Positions 40,191 to 55,420 of a stretch of 64,000 nucleotides of DNA are shown here, in pieces. Source of the stretch: Octopus sinensis (taxonomy: Eukaryota); the NCBI RefSeq assembly GCF_006345805.1, contig NW_021833925.1, positions 15,352 through 79,351 of the forward strand. Direction: 5' to 3'. The translations under genes were made by a program, and so were the position numbers. Position 1 is the stretch's first letter, and the number at the start of each line of letters is the position of its first letter. A model generated the notes under the pieces. That model searched no databases, had not been told where the DNA came from, and was given only the letters and a program-made list of their open reading frames with translations.

Positions 40191-41370
40191 AATATTAATA
40201 CCGATTTAATCGAATCCTGTCGTTTTGTTCCCCATTATCGCCATAATTCCTTCAACGAAGTGCGTGCCTTTGTGACAAAGTTAAACAGCTAAATATCTTT
40301 ATTAAAATACAGTGGTGGGGGAGAAGGACAAATATTTGTAGTTTTTAGTTACGTATCATTAAGTTTCGGGTTCGAATCACACAGTGATTCATTCTACTTT
40401 GTAATCTACAAAGGAATCGACAAACTACCAATACTGTACTCTGAATGAATCAATCAGATATACTCTCCATTTTTCATAATCTTTATAAAAACCCTATAAA
40501 ACACAGGGAAATCACATTTAAATTTCTATTTTGCTTCAAACCTAAAATTTATTTCCAAATCATTCTAAATGAGTCTATGTCATTCCGACCAACTTCAAGT
40601 TTTATAATTTACCCATTTATTCACAAAAATCTATTTCTTTTATTCTTCCATTATCTCTCCTTCCTTGTCTTTCTGCTATACTTCCTTCCACTCTATTTCC
40701 TTCAATTCTCTTTCTTCCTTTTATGTCTTCCTATTTCTGATTCTGTGATGATGTCGTTGCGTTAATATCCATCTGTACTTAATGTTAGCGACTTTATCTT
40801 GCTTCACATGTCTGGAATATTGGCATTCCTCGTGTAATGCCTTTAGAATCCGTTTCATTAACTTGACATCAAAAAGCATATTTCACAAATGTATCATTCG
40901 TTACAGACTAGATAGACTTCTACATTTCTAATGCGTTTTTTAATATGTATTATATATAAACGACGTCGGAGAGTAAAAGCAGGAAAATAGCAGATGGGAG
41001 AGCCAAGAGAGTGGATTAAATGCAGCATTTGCCTTTTATATTTGCTGTGTTGACAAAGAAATAGAAAGCGAAAAATATTGCGACAGTATAAAATTGGTAG
41101 TTCTCTCTTAAAATTTTTAACCATTCCACAATATTTATAATTTTTACATTTGCAGTTTTACTTTCAGTCATTTCACTGTGGTCATGCTAGCACACTGCTT
41201 TTAAAGTTTTTAGATGTACTGACCCAAACCTCGCTCCTCAGTAGTTTTAAGTCTGGTGCTAATTCTATCGTTATCTATTGCCGATCTGCTATGATAGGGG
41301 AAGTAAACAAACCACGGTTGTCAAGCTGTGGGTGGAAGATAAATACAGAAATAAAGACAGACACACAAAC

Positions 41371-41447
<77 letters not shown>

Positions 41448-41454
41448 TACTGCA

Positions 41455-41648
41455 CATGAATTATTGGCGAATTTTTCCCTCCTTCTTCCACCTTCCTTTT
41501 GGACTTCCCTGTTTTTGAAGAAGAGCTATGCTCGAAACGTGAAACAACCACTTGTTTCCTTCTCCGAGCGTTGTATTACTACATTGCTTGTGCTACGTCT
41601 TCTTTTTGTTATTTCTTTCTTCTCTGTTTTTTTTTCTTAATTAACCAT
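41455..41648 (+). mobile_element. Penelope-like pLTR fragment with degenerate hammerhead-like motif
   Basis: tgttt-TTGAAGA-A-GAGC-tat-GCTC-GAAAC-GTG-aaaca at 41510-41546. Confidence 0.55.
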
Positions 41649-41739
41649 ATATATGTGCTATTAAGTTAGACATGGCCTGGACCAATCTTTGGTCGAAACA
41701 TATCTAAGTTTATCTAAGTTTATATATATATATATATAT

Positions 41740-42050
41740 TAGACGGGTTTTCACACAGTTTACGCCTGTCAGATTCGCTCTCGATGCATTGGTTGGCTTG
41801 GGGCTACGGTAGAAGATACTTTCCCAAGGTGCAATTCAGTGTCATTGAACCCGAGACCATGCGATTGCAAAGCGAGCTTTCAAATCACATGCCAATTGCA
41901 GTGAATGTAGGATCGCTTGATCGGAGATTCAAATGAGGTCGACTTTGCCTTTCATCCTTTCGGGAGTCGATCAATTAAGTACCAGCTGCGTACTGGGATC
42001 GATATAATCGACTAAAAAAAATTCAAGTCTTGTGCCTAGAGTAGAAAAGT
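41740..42050. mobile_element. Adjacent SINE fragments: 5890-family head (-) and Nin-like body (+)
   Basis: gacgggttttcacacagttt...agaagatactttcccaagg...gaacccgagaccatg; then ggtcgactttgcctttcatcctttcgggagtcgatcaattaagtaccag. Confidence 0.65.
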
Positions 42051-42086
42051 ATAAGTGTAAAGAGGGACATGCATTCACTTATGAAG

Positions 42087-42145
<59 letters not shown>

Positions 42146-42700
42146 CACAAATTCTATTATTTCAAATTCTATGTACTAGAATTTTAAGGATATTCATTGC
42201 TCTTTTACTCCACAAACTCAAACGCTATGACACTCTTCGGCATAATTCCAATGTTTGGAATAAGGAGTTAGGGAACACACACACACACACACACGAACAC
42301 ACACACACGCACACACACACACATACACAAACACACATACACACACACATACACACACACACATACACACACACACACACACTCATAGTGAGAGAGTTGG
42401 AGAGAAAATGAGAGAGGAGATTTACAAACGTAGACTTGCTAATTAATCTTTACAAATTTAGAAAGTGTTTAATTACTTTGCCGTCTCAGAGAATATTCGG
42501 AGAGATGGATTTTCGTGTAAAGTATAGATCATTAAATATAGTCAAATTTTTCTGTGCCTGTCGCTGCTTTTGTTGTCCTTCTTCACCTTGTCGTGTCTCA
42601 TATTCTATCATTTCTAATTACAAACATACACACACACATATATAAATATATATGACATGATATATGATATATGAATATGCGTGTATATATACTTACGTAC

Positions 42701-42751
<51 letters not shown>

Positions 42752-42888
42752 TGTGTGTGCGTTTGTGTGTGTGTGAGTGTGTGTGTATTTCATATATATA
42801 TATATACATAATACATGTATTTTGTAAATGTATATATTTGATATATATATATGTATTTCATATATACAATACATACATACATACATAT

Positions 42889-42924
<36 letters not shown>

Positions 42925-43069
42925 CGTGTATATATATACATTTATATATGTGTGTGTGCGTGTATTTTATGCATATATATATATATTATATGTATTTATA
43001 AATATATATATATTTTATGTATATTATGTATGTATATATTATATATATATATATATATGAACACACACA

Positions 43070-43120
<51 letters not shown>

Positions 43121-43486
43121 TCATATGCTCACGCACTTGTGTGTGTATGTTTGTGTGTGTGTGTTTCTGTAGAATTGTATGAAAAAAAAACATGGTATAG
43201 CATAGCTCTATTCGTCATTAGTTAAACACGCAAACACACTGTATTCGACCAAGCAGGGGTCTAATGAGTTTGATATCGATTTTTAGAAAGTATATTTGAA
43301 TTCTAGCAGCTCTCTCTTGTTTCGACTACTCAGTATGACTTACGATATTTTTTTGTGCGTACGTGGGGAGTGGATGGCACACAATGATCAAGTAAGGTGT
43401 CAGGACTATGAGCATGGTGTTTCAAGGAATATTATTTCATATAGATATATATGACCTATATATATATATGTTTGTATTTACTTTTG

Positions 43487-43659
<173 letters not shown>

Positions 43660-44022
43660 CTGTCTGCCTGTCTGTCTGTCTATCATATATGTGTGACTGT
43701 GTGATTATATAGCATATATTTTGCTATATGCGTTTCCCTCAGTATACATTTTGTTCTTGCTCATATGTGTGTTTGTGTTTAGGTAGATAGATAGATAGAT
43801 AGACAGATAGATAGATGGATAGATAGATGGATGGATGGATGGACGGGCGGACGGATAAACAAAAAGACAGACAGACAGATAGAGAGATAAATAGATAGAG
43901 AGAGAGAGAGAGAGAGGGGGTAATAGGGCTGAGAGAGAGTGGTGGATAGACAGGCAAACAAATACGTATGTAGACAGATAAATAAGTAGATAGATAGATA
44001 GAGAGAGAGAGAGAGATAGATG

Positions 44023-44098
<76 letters not shown>

Positions 44099-44507
44099 TG
44101 TAGATAGATAGATATACACACACGCACGAATGTATGCTCGTGTTATATATACTTTTGTACGTTACATTGAATTCTCCATAAACATGCGAGTGTGTACTTC
44201 TCTACTGTCGTGCATACATCCAAACATACATACATACATACAAACTTGCAATACATATTTACAGTCCCATAATACAATACATACCTATAACTCATAACTG
44301 AAAGTATTAAAGTTTTTGCTGTATGTAAATCCTAAGAATTAAAGGGGTTTTGCGATAACTGAGTATCATGCACTTTCGCACTTACACATGAGTTTCCACT
44401 GGTAACTATCTTTATATGTGACATCGTGTCTCAAGAATTCAATGCTTTAAATCTGTTTATAACTATTTGTTTCAGATATGTTGTATACTTCCTCTCACAA
44501 ACACATT

Positions 44508-44544
<37 letters not shown>

Positions 44545-44762
44545 CATCATCATCATCATCATCATCACCAAAGTAATATATTAAGATAGGCATTTGTACT
44601 CTTATATTGTCACATCGTATATTTCAGGAACTAGCCCTTTATAGACACACACACACACATATATATCTGTAAATGTAATATGTGACATAATTTGTTGTCC
44701 TACCATTTTTATCAATTTATATATATATATATATATACACATACATACTTACATACACATAG

Positions 44763-44814
<52 letters not shown>

Positions 44815-45017
44815 TATATATATATTATATATATATATGCATATATATATAGCGTGTATATATATTTACGCCATATGCATGTGAATGTACAGAGAACACA
44901 AAAGAATTTAAAAGACAATATTTTAATTTCTCATGCGCTCAATCACGACTGACCTTGGGCTAAACAAAAATAGCGAATTTCAGATTCAACCTTCACTGCA
45001 TAATCTAATGTCAATTT

Positions 45018-45066
<49 letters not shown>

Positions 45067-45132
45067 TGTATGTATGTATGTATGTATATTTCTACATATA
45101 TGTATTCATAATTTAAATTTTTTTTATTTTAG

Positions 45133-45323
45133 ATAATGGACAGGATTTCTATCCTGGTTATCAAGCCTACAACGAATTCTTCCCCGGTCAAGGACAAGAA
45201 GGCCCCGGTAACATAAACTTCCTTCCGCCTACGTCACAAGGAACCCCTCCGATTAGCCTAGAACAATCTTTACATCCCGGCGGTATGTTCCTTCATAATC
45301 ACTCTTATGCTCCCACGGCCTAA
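45133..45323 (+). CDS. Lhx1: Lhx1/5 C-terminal coding exon (not in ORF track)
   Basis: Acceptor tttttattttag|AT at 45132/45133 completes the phase-1 codon G+AT (Asp). Reads DNGQDFYPGYQAYNEFFPGQGQEGPGNINFLPPTSQGTPPISLEQSLHPGGMFLHNHSYAPTA*, with TAA at 45321-45323. This aligns by eye to Lhx1 DYQSEYYGPGGNYDFFPQG...[24 protein letters not shown]. An A-rich UTR-like stretch with AATAAA follows. An internal donor (CG|gtatgt, 45282/45283) makes the 3' end uncertain. Confidence 0.85.
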
Positions 45324-45815
45324 CATTGGATCACTCACAGATTTATCATTATTAAACAATAAAATCAAAAATTTTTAAATAATAAATATAAAATATAACA
45401 CTATTACAAAAACGGTTAAAACAAAACATAAAAAATACACCATTGGTCATAACAGAACTATATTGATTTCCACGTAGTCTCATATGCTGGAAATCAATAT
45501 AAAAATCAACGTAACAACTGCTACATCATCATCAATAACAACAATAAGAGAGCAAATAAATACCTGATTGGTCAGTCAATTCATTCATTGCTGTATTAAT
45601 TAGCATCTTCATTAAATAAATGTATAAACAAAGACAGTAAACATCACATTATGTAGGAAATCACATATTGGCATGTACACAGGTTTATGTAAGCATGTGT
45701 GTGAGTGTGTGTGTGTGTGTTTGCGTGAATACCTATGTGTCTCGAACACACATCCACATGTATACATATGTAAATACGTATGTATATTTGTACATTGAAA
45801 TATATATGTGAGTGA

Positions 45816-45846
<31 letters not shown>

Positions 45847-46043
45847 TACAATGTAACTCAAAGTTATACGGTCATATACATTGATAGTAAAGAAAAACTC
45901 ACATACACATACATTGAAGCATTTCCTGCCCTGCCCCACATACCGGCATAGAGGTATGCATGCATTTTCACCTGTATATTTTTGCATACAATTCACTCGG
46001 GTGACACTTGCACGCTTTTCAAAAGGTAATAATAATAATAATA

Positions 46044-46077
<34 letters not shown>

Positions 46078-46104
46078 TTTAACAACAACAACAACAACAA
46101 CAAC

Positions 46105-46156
<52 letters not shown>

Positions 46157-46297
46157 TGCGTGTACAAAGGCATTTAACACTTGAGTGTGCATGAACGTGT
46201 TAAACATGTATGTATACGCATATATTTCATTCAACGCTACTTCGTGCGATTCTAGCTAAATAACAACAATAATAACAACAACAACAACTACAACAAC

Positions 46298-46333
<36 letters not shown>

Positions 46334-47269
46334 CATGATAATGATAATAATGTACAGCATTTTTAACTTCAACGTTTTCCAGTTCAGACATTTTCCTTCT
46401 GCGTGTTGATTCTTTTAAAACTTATTATTTTTTCGTTAGTTTAAGTTTGGTAACTTAAATGCATAGATTCTTCGAGGGTTTGTTTGGGGAGCAATCATAG
46501 TGTAAAGTGGGTGTGAGTTCATATTACATCGTCACTTGTATTTTTAACAGTATCCGAGCACAATCCTCCTGACCGTGTGTATGTATGTATGGTGTGCGCG
46601 CGCGACAGGAACCGCCCTCTAAAATTTCTGTCCATTGTGTGTGTACAACAAGTGTAAATGGATATATATATATACTTCAAGCACTTCAACATTTTACCTA
46701 ATATTCAGGTTTAATCAGCTTAACAACGCAATATGACAAGGTGGGCTCGCCACACAAAAATACACAGTCAGTTAACTTCACTTAAGCATTATTATTTGGT
46801 GACAAAATTTTCGTCGCACCGACATTCATCAGGTTACTGACGTCATTCCATTGCACACCCACCCACGCATTCATCCCACCCCCTCATATATATATATATA
46901 TAGACAGAACTGCTTCACCATCGTATTTATTATAGGGCAAAAGAGCAGGTATTCCAAATAACTTATACTCGTAACTCTCAGGCAAAATGAACATTATACT
47001 GTGTGTGTGACAAGGCTGGCCCTTTCAATTACACAGACAGAAAACACATTCGACCTGCTTCGACATAGTCTCATAGAAATGATTCTACCTTCTGAATCTA
47101 AATTACCAAGCTTGGTTCGAGTCATATCTACGGCAGATGATTCAACAGAAAATGCTGCGGCATCATTTGAACTCTCTACGTCATGATTAGAGAACATCAC
47201 CCTATTTACACACTAAGTTGAAAAGAGTAAATCGTCGAAGTGTAAAAATTCGCATAATAATAGTCCTTC

Positions 47270-47450
47270 CAACTATAGGCAGAAAGCCTATACTATTTAG
47301 ATGGGAAGGAGATAGTCGATTTCATTGAGGTCATTCATTGCTCAACTGGCGCTCATTTTATCGACCCCGAGAGGATGAAAGGCGGTATGTGAACTCAGAA
47401 CGTAAAGACAGGCGAAATGCCGCGAAGCACTTCGTTAAGCGTCCTAACGA
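47270..47450 (-). mobile_element. Decayed Nin-like SINE
   Basis: tttatcgaccccgagaggatgaaaggc...gaactcagaacgtaaagacaggcgaaatgccgc, the reverse complement of the family body. Confidence 0.65.
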
Positions 47451-48052
47451 TTCATAGTATTGAGTATTTTTAAGCTCTTCACATTTACATTAAAGTTAAG
47501 AATTTCCACTCAGTATGAAGTTATGGAAGTTAGAGGGGAAATGAACTATTTTTATTGCTAAATATTTGAACGCAACAAAGTTCGGCGAAGCGTTAACTTT
47601 TCAGTAATCTAAGCTTCAATTCTTGTTCACAATTAAAACCATCCAACAGCAAAGTATGAAAAATATCAACAACTTTAAATTTGCTTATTACAAAATCGAT
47701 GGGCCTTTACATCTCTGGAGAAATTCTTGCATTTCTAATTCTATGTTAGAAATTTATTTACAAAATATATTTGAAATTAAACCTTTTCCACCAAAACCAA
47801 GGCAAGTGAGAGGCTAGTAAGTTAGACTGTCAGATACCAGAGCATAATAAAACTACAGACACACACACACTTATACACAGACATCTCCTAGTTTTAAGGG
47901 CGACAGAAAAAGTACTCAATACCATTGTAGAGTATAATAGTCCATCTGACTAGTAGCCTTTTATTGAGCACTTTCCCTTAACAGGTAATTGATTCCTCTG
48001 AGAGGAACCAAGCGCACAGGGAAATTAGCTATGGGGCAGCCGAAATAAACCA

Positions 48053-48083
<31 letters not shown>

Positions 48084-48934
48084 ACTTTTGGTGAGTGAAA
48101 GTATACACTACAGATCATCCATGCACTACGGAATATTTTATAAATGAATAAAGCAACATTTTTTTTAAAAATTAACAACCAGCAGCAACAATACCGTCAC
48201 CCAACATTGTCAAAAAACAATATCATAAACATCATCTTTATCATCTTCACGTATAAATACATAAAAAGAAGAAAAAAAAACTTTGAACCAGAAAGTTTAT
48301 TTGATTTACAGGTTATATTTTATTTCCAGAACAACTTGTGATAATCTTAATAAAAAATGTATGTATATGAAAAATCTATAAAAAAAAACTATATCACAAG
48401 AAATATTGTGTATAAAAGATATGAAATATAAATAAATATTCGTGATGTATAAAATTTTCATTCCAATTTGATTTTTTTCGTTTTTTTCCTCCTTTTTTTT
48501 CTAAATATTTATTTTATCTCTTTGTTATTGCATAAACCGTTTAGAAGTGTTTAGCATTATTTTTTCCTTCTGTGTCACTATTTGCGTGCATGTGCTTGCG
48601 AATATATATATATAATACGTGTTTAAAGTTATGTTGTGATATAATTTCTGCACCTCCAAATATTGACACATAAATTCCAGTAGGTGTCTTTTGTTTTTGT
48701 TTATTGTGTGTGCGTGTGTATACATGTCTTCATGTATAAAGCATAAATGTATTTCTTATGTGTAAATATTCATATATATACTTGATGTATTCTATAAGTG
48801 GAAAGTCAAAAATGGGTGCTAGAAAAACAGGTGGAAGGAGAAAGGGAGAAAGAGAAAGTGATAATTGTTCAGCTACACGTTCATAGGTATACATTGATCC
48901 TTGTACGTTTCACCATATAGACGATTGTAGGGGC

Positions 48935-49330
48935 CATGTGCTGTTTGTAAACGTCTGGTTGGTACTTGACTTCAAATATATTTGTGCTGATGGTGAGGCC
49001 GAAATCATCGTGGAGCAAGAGGACTTGTTTTTGTATTGCAACATCTACACAATATGCTCCGTCACCTTGGTTTTGGCCTCGAGTTCTCTCAGATTTATGA
49101 ATACACTAAAGTGCCCAAGCTATCTCCTCTGCTTTGGAAAACACCAGACATTCCGGTTAAAAGCATCGTGGTATAAAGTATAGGTGCCAGTACACAACCA
49201 TGTTTAACACCGTTTGGGAATTAGAACACTGGTGTCGATTCTCCATCATCAAGTACTCTGAGAACTATCCCTCATGGAATTACCATGCTGAAGAAAATAT
49301 ACTGACAGGTCATTCTTCCACCATGGCTTT
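48935..49330 (-). mobile_element. Degenerate RTE (BovB-like) LINE reverse-transcriptase fragment
   Basis: Minus-strand translation RVLDDGESTPVF*FPNGVKHGCVLAPILYTTML, then LEAKTKV and DDFGLTIST..EVKYQP. These match RTE RT motifs (NGVKQGCVLAP; RLQAKTKV; FGLTISTKKTEVMYQP). Stops and deletions present. Confidence 0.8.
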
Positions 49331-49657
49331 CTAGAGCCATTCAAAGTGTCACAGGGTTAATGTTGACTGATGAATGCTTAGAGATCACGGTACTACTCAA
49401 GTTAATGTTGGGCAATAATTATATTGATCGTACAGTTATCCTCTCTACACCATATTGTTTCTTAGATAACTTATCTTGTTAAAAGTGGAAAATTCATGTG
49501 GCTCAGTATTACGAGAGTAGTTTGTTGTCTCACATACACATACGTAATGTTATTACAAACTCAAAAACCACCAACCATTACTCCGAGTATCTCGATTACT
49601 ATCATCAGACAATTATAGAAAAAGGAATACGAGAAATGTGTGTCTATATATGTATAT

Positions 49658-49716
<59 letters not shown>

Positions 49717-52116
49717 AAAATATAAAATATGATTCGATAAGATAAAAAACTCGAAAGTTGGAACGAATGGATCTTATTGATTGATCATATTGATATTGGA
49801 AACAGTAACCAAAATAAAAATATATAAAATTGAAGGGAGTTATATGCATGGAGGTTGGCATATATTTATAGAAGAAGGGAAGCAGGAAATAAAGATGAAA
49901 GAGAAAGAGAGAGGAAGAGGGTCTGAGAAGCTGAGAAGGAAGGGTAACTAAGAAAAAGAACGAAAGAGAAGGAATCGGACCGGTATAAAGAACAAATAAA
50001 TCTTAATAGAGAATAACAGAAAAAATGAAACTCAATAAAGGAGTTGGGGAAATGGCGAAAACATAATATATAAATATAAGATTTTGGAAAAAGAGGAGTA
50101 AAATTCTAAAAGACAGAAAAAATATATAATAAAGTTTAGATTAAAATTATAATCCTAAGATTAGTAGACGCAAAATAAAATATATCTGAGAGAAATTTTA
50201 CCAATAGAAATATAAATAATATACAAACCTCCACCAAAAGCTTGAGTGCTGAATGGCAATAAATATATAAGGGTGTAACGTGCAGAGAGAAAGATAAAAA
50301 TTTAAAACTCTTCCGCATATTGAGGTTACAGCAGTTCAAAATGGCAGCACAACATTCTAATATATTAAGAGAAGTTCAAAGATATTAACTATCAGAAAAT
50401 AAAAAGGTAACACGTCAATGATTCAGAAATATCCCTTCAATAATTTTGAGATTCATATTTTTCTACTATTTCGAGTCAGTCTTGAAATTGTTAAAAACAT
50501 TTATGATTAAAAATACTAAATACGATGCAAACTTAAATAAATGTATCATTACGATCTGCCCTTCTGTAGGGTACCCCAATAAATGGAGCCAGTCAGCATT
50601 CCAGCAAGAACCAAATGAACTTGAATAGCTTTACCAAGAACTTTTCTTCTGGATGTTGAAATGAATAAGCATGTTGCTTAAAATGTACCTTCAGTTTAAT
50701 TTCCTTTAACACTGCACAATAAGCCAATTCTTCCACAAATCAATCATGACACACAAAAAATCATGCTAGGATTGATGAAATTACAGGTAAGAAGAGAAGT
50801 GATATCAATAGCACAGGAAAATTTGTTTGAATTATAATGTTCAATACAAACGAGAATGCCTTAGTTTCGGGTAACACGAATACGCTATTCATTAGACAGG
50901 TTTATAATAGGCCTCATAAAATTGCTTACTGAAATAGGTTTAAGAATAATCGACGATAATCTTATGCAGCTAATTCTTTGGATAGCTATTTAAACTTAGA
51001 TACTAATAAATTTTTCTTTACAAAAAACCCCACGGGAAACTATTTGTTATTTATAAAAGTACAAATTATCCGACTAATATTCTATGAATCTCAATTCCGA
51101 ATATAAGTTTCCATATATAAAATAAGTGTATCACATTATTGTCCTCGTTAATATAACGAGGCCCCGAGCAATATATATATATATGTTATATATATATATA
51201 TTACCAGGCCGAACACATTGACGCGGAAGAATATATTTAGAAACATTTTGTGGTTTGATCCAAGCTGCAGTTTTAAAGTAAGGACAAAATATTCAGAGAA
51301 TTCTTTAATTTCTTTTCAATTATCCATGAATCATAGCAAATATAAAATTTTTGACAGAAGCGTAATTAAAGTCAGATAGTCATGCTGTAAGAATTTCAAT
51401 AGCGTTTTTGATCATTCTAATTCTGGAAACTCTACAAAAGTAACACTATTACCTCACTTTCATTTTATGATATTTGCATTGATCTTATTAATTGTTCCCG
51501 AAAATACCAAGAAAAATAGCCCTTAGCAGGTTTAGTCAAGTTTGCATACCTTTTGGACAAATCCAATGCGGATGACTTCAAAATATATTAGAATATCTTA
51601 AAGCAGTTTAATTTGTATCAGTGCTAATATTTCGTTCGAGGGTATGTGTGGTGTAATGTAGGTTTAATCGAAACGATTGTTCTTTTAGTTTCAAGTGCTA
51701 AACACAATAAATGAATGAATGACGAGTGTTTCTAAATTCATGTATAGAAGCATCTAAATATTTACTTATAGCATTCTGTCTTCTAATAATTATTTTCATT
51801 GACTTTCATTTTGGGTTGGTTGCTGCACCACCATTTCTCACATAACCCTTCTACCCTCCCTTGTGTATCAACGATTAAAAAATTATTAACTTTACGTCTG
51901 TAAAACGAAGGAGTGATGTGGTCTAGCCACATCACCCCTTCACTCTTCACTCTTTGCAGTATAAATTTCTCGCCAAAGATATACCTTCCTGTCACACAAA
52001 CTAATCAACTTCTCAAATACCACTGGAAATCAGGTTTCATTAATATTTCTCTGTTTAGTTTTGCCATAGATGTTTCCTGACTTACATACATTATCTATAC
52101 AACTTATAATGCCTTC

Positions 52117-52273
<157 letters not shown>

Positions 52274-53714
52274 GACTGTCTGTCTATCTGTCTGTCAGTC
52301 TTTCTCCTTCCCTCTCTTTTTCTCTGTCTCTTTCTCTCCCTCCCCCTCTCTTTCTGTATATATATATATATATGGGACTAATCGAGAGTTCCATACAATG
52401 TTGAAAATAATATACGTACGTCTATATAATATATATATATATACTTGCATTCATGTATATATATGTGCGTATGCATGTATGCATCTTTGAACACACTAGT
52501 AGATACATAATTACACGGGTGAAATTAAAAAGTATTTTGAATGTGCGGCACACTACATATTTTGTAGGGTTTTGGTGGAGAAGCAGTAAATGATATAAAA
52601 TTATGTTCTCAATGACCAGAAGAGCTAATCAGATATATAAATCATGTTTTCATTATGATTATTGATTATTGAATAAAGAAATTAAAATTTTAATGAAAAG
52701 TTATTGGTTATTGGTAAAAGCTTTAAATAATATATTTCCGGAGAATCTTTCGACAAATTCACACGTTCACTTATATTCACATATATAAGAACCGGATTTC
52801 TATAGATATATGAATAATTGAAATTGCATATTGCATGTACATAGCAATAGTATATGGTTACAACACTATCACCACTATCACACACTCATGGACCCTATGC
52901 ATATATTATATATGTGTGTGTGGATTATATTATGTATGTATATATATATTATATATATATATATATATCGACAGAATTTAGTTTCACTTGAAGTGTATTT
53001 TAAGAAAGACAATATATATAAGTGCACACGTCTGTGTAATTTCGCTATAATTTATACACGCATACAGAGATATGTTCACGCACATATACACACAAACATA
53101 CACATAAATCTTTATATGCATACATGTGTGTGATTGTGTGATTGTAAATGCGTGAGTTGCATGTATCTATGCAGAATGAATCAAAACTATTATTCTGTAA
53201 AATATAACAATATATATATATAACAAAACATGAGATATTGTCTCTAAGATATTTTAGTGAGACAATCTTACGTACGTTTCATTAACATAAGGTGAGTATT
53301 AGTTACCTAATGCAACGTTATAAAGACTAATTGTCAAATCGCCAGAAACCTGTAAATTTTATGCAAAATTTTATCGGATGGAAATTGATATTCACAGAAT
53401 CAACCACAATGTTAATAAAATATTCGTAATATGATATTATTAGCTAATTTATAAAGAACGCCTGATTTCTTTTATAAATTTATACTATGCAAATTAGTTG
53501 CTCCAGCTGGTTCCCTGGGGTAAGATGAATTGGTTTTTGTATAAACAGATTGGCTACTTATTTCTGTAGGAGTGATCAGGTAGAGGAGATACCTTTGATG
53601 ACGTCTCAATATTGGTTGAAAATCAATTAAGGCCGTTTATAATTTTTTTCAATATACAGAGGAACCGCTAAACTACATGTCTGTATATCTGCTGCGTAGG
53701 TTTACATCTATCTG

Positions 53715-54115
53715 TATCAGCTACTGGGAAAGGCTGAAATAATTAAAGCTCTACTCCGTAGAACGAAGGCTGGAAGGATATGCAGTGATAAACATCTGGA
53801 AAAATCTGGAAGGAATTGTACCAACCTTTGGCATTGAAAGTTGCACAAATAGCAGAACGGAGGCCACTTCATAGTGCCAAAGATCCTATCATTGTCATCA
53901 AAATACAGAGCAAACCAGATGTTGCAACAACTTGGATTTTTCAGGAGCCCAAAGCACTTCAACATCGTTCCAAAATGCCTGAAAGACCTGTATGGTGTGG
54001 TTGTAGTTTGTTTTAAAAACAAAACTGGATATACTCCTGTCAATGGTTCCAGATGAGCCCACCTCACAGCAAAAACACAGACATCAAACTCCTTCATTTA
54101 CCAAGTACCACATAT
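53715..54115 (+). mobile_element. Degenerate CR1-clade LINE 3' coding end
   Basis: SYWERLK*LKLYSVERRLEGYAVINIWKNLEGIVPTFGI...PKHFNIVPKCLKDLYGV..FKNK, frameshift, LDILLSMVPDEP. This is the typical post-RT C-terminus (YWERLK.LKLYSLERRRERY..WK.LEG.VPN; FK..LD..L..VPDEP). Confidence 0.8.
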
Positions 54116-54221
54116 CAGAGCCGATTTCAAATAATGAAGATGTAGCACAGACAACGGTGGTGCCCCAGTTTTAAAGCTGAAACAAGTTAACAAGTTATAC
54201 ATACATACATACAAAAAAAAC

Positions 54222-54266
<45 letters not shown>

Positions 54267-54270
<4 letters not shown>

Positions 54271-54385
54271 CTGCTCGCTTAGCCAGTGGGGTTGCGTCAT
54301 CGAAGGCTAAAACAATGCGAAGTGCATTGTGACCAGCGATGTGTAGCAACATCTGATAGCCTGGTCGGTTACAGTGATCACAGTG
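54267..54385 (+). mobile_element. 5'-truncated SINE tail (cacgtgat family)
   Basis: ggcctgctcgcttagccagtgggg...ggtcggttacagtgatcacagtgat in (TA)n. Confidence 0.75.
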
Positions 54386-54417
54386 ATATATATATATATA
54401 GATATATTATATATATA

Positions 54418-54468
<51 letters not shown>

Positions 54469-55282
54469 TCTAGAAATTGCAAGAAGCCAGTATCATTATT
54501 TTCTTTCTTAATGGCTTTCTTCAGCTTTTTTCTTATATTTTCTCCCACACACTTATTGTCATTATAATTTCTTTCTCTTTACAAACTTTTGTTTCTTTCC
54601 TTCCCTCGCTCTCTTTCCTTCCTTCGTTTAGTTCTCAACTCTTTTTCAAAAATCTCTGATTGTCAGACTATAAATATATTTTAAGCAATCAACCATCAAA
54701 TGCAGGTGCTCACTTATAAGAAACTAAAATAATGCTCCACTTCATTTATTTATAGTTGTTTGCATTTTTCGTCCTTTGTTGTTACTTTTGTTGTTGTTGT
54801 TGTTGCTGTTGTTATTGTTGTTGTTGGACAAAGTGAATTTCTTAGGTTAAATAAAGAACACGTACGCATATGGAAGGACACACACACACACATACACACG
54901 CGCGCGCATAATCTCTCTATATATAATTCTTTGTCTGCCTGTTTCCTATGCATTTTCAAAAGGCTTGACCAAATCAAATCAAATTTTACAAAGTAATAGT
55001 ATTAAACCCTGCGAGTGTCAGTCAACATGTAATTGTTATATTCCATTTGCATTAAAACAATATAACATTCGTTATATTCTTTCTATATTCAACTATAGTA
55101 CAAGACATTTTATACGACGCCGATGACGTCACATTTTGTATATGAGTGTATATGTATATTTGTGAGTGTATGTGCATGAGTGTATGAGTATGCATGTGTT
55201 TGTGAGTGTGTGTGTGTGTGTCTTCATGGAAGTAACAGTTAAGCAAGTTCCATGACACAGGCGAAGTGGGGCGAGATTTCTA

Positions 55283-55376
55283 AACACACACACACAACAC
55301 ACACACCACCACTCAACACATACACATTACATTGATAGATATACATATACTATATATATATATATATATATATATA

Positions 55377-55420
<44 letters not shown>

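Noticed and set aside
47001-47186. 61-aa ORF as the last Lhx1 exon
   Set aside because: Nearby acceptors are not phase-compatible with the 45282 donor (they give early stops) and there is no Lhx1 similarity.
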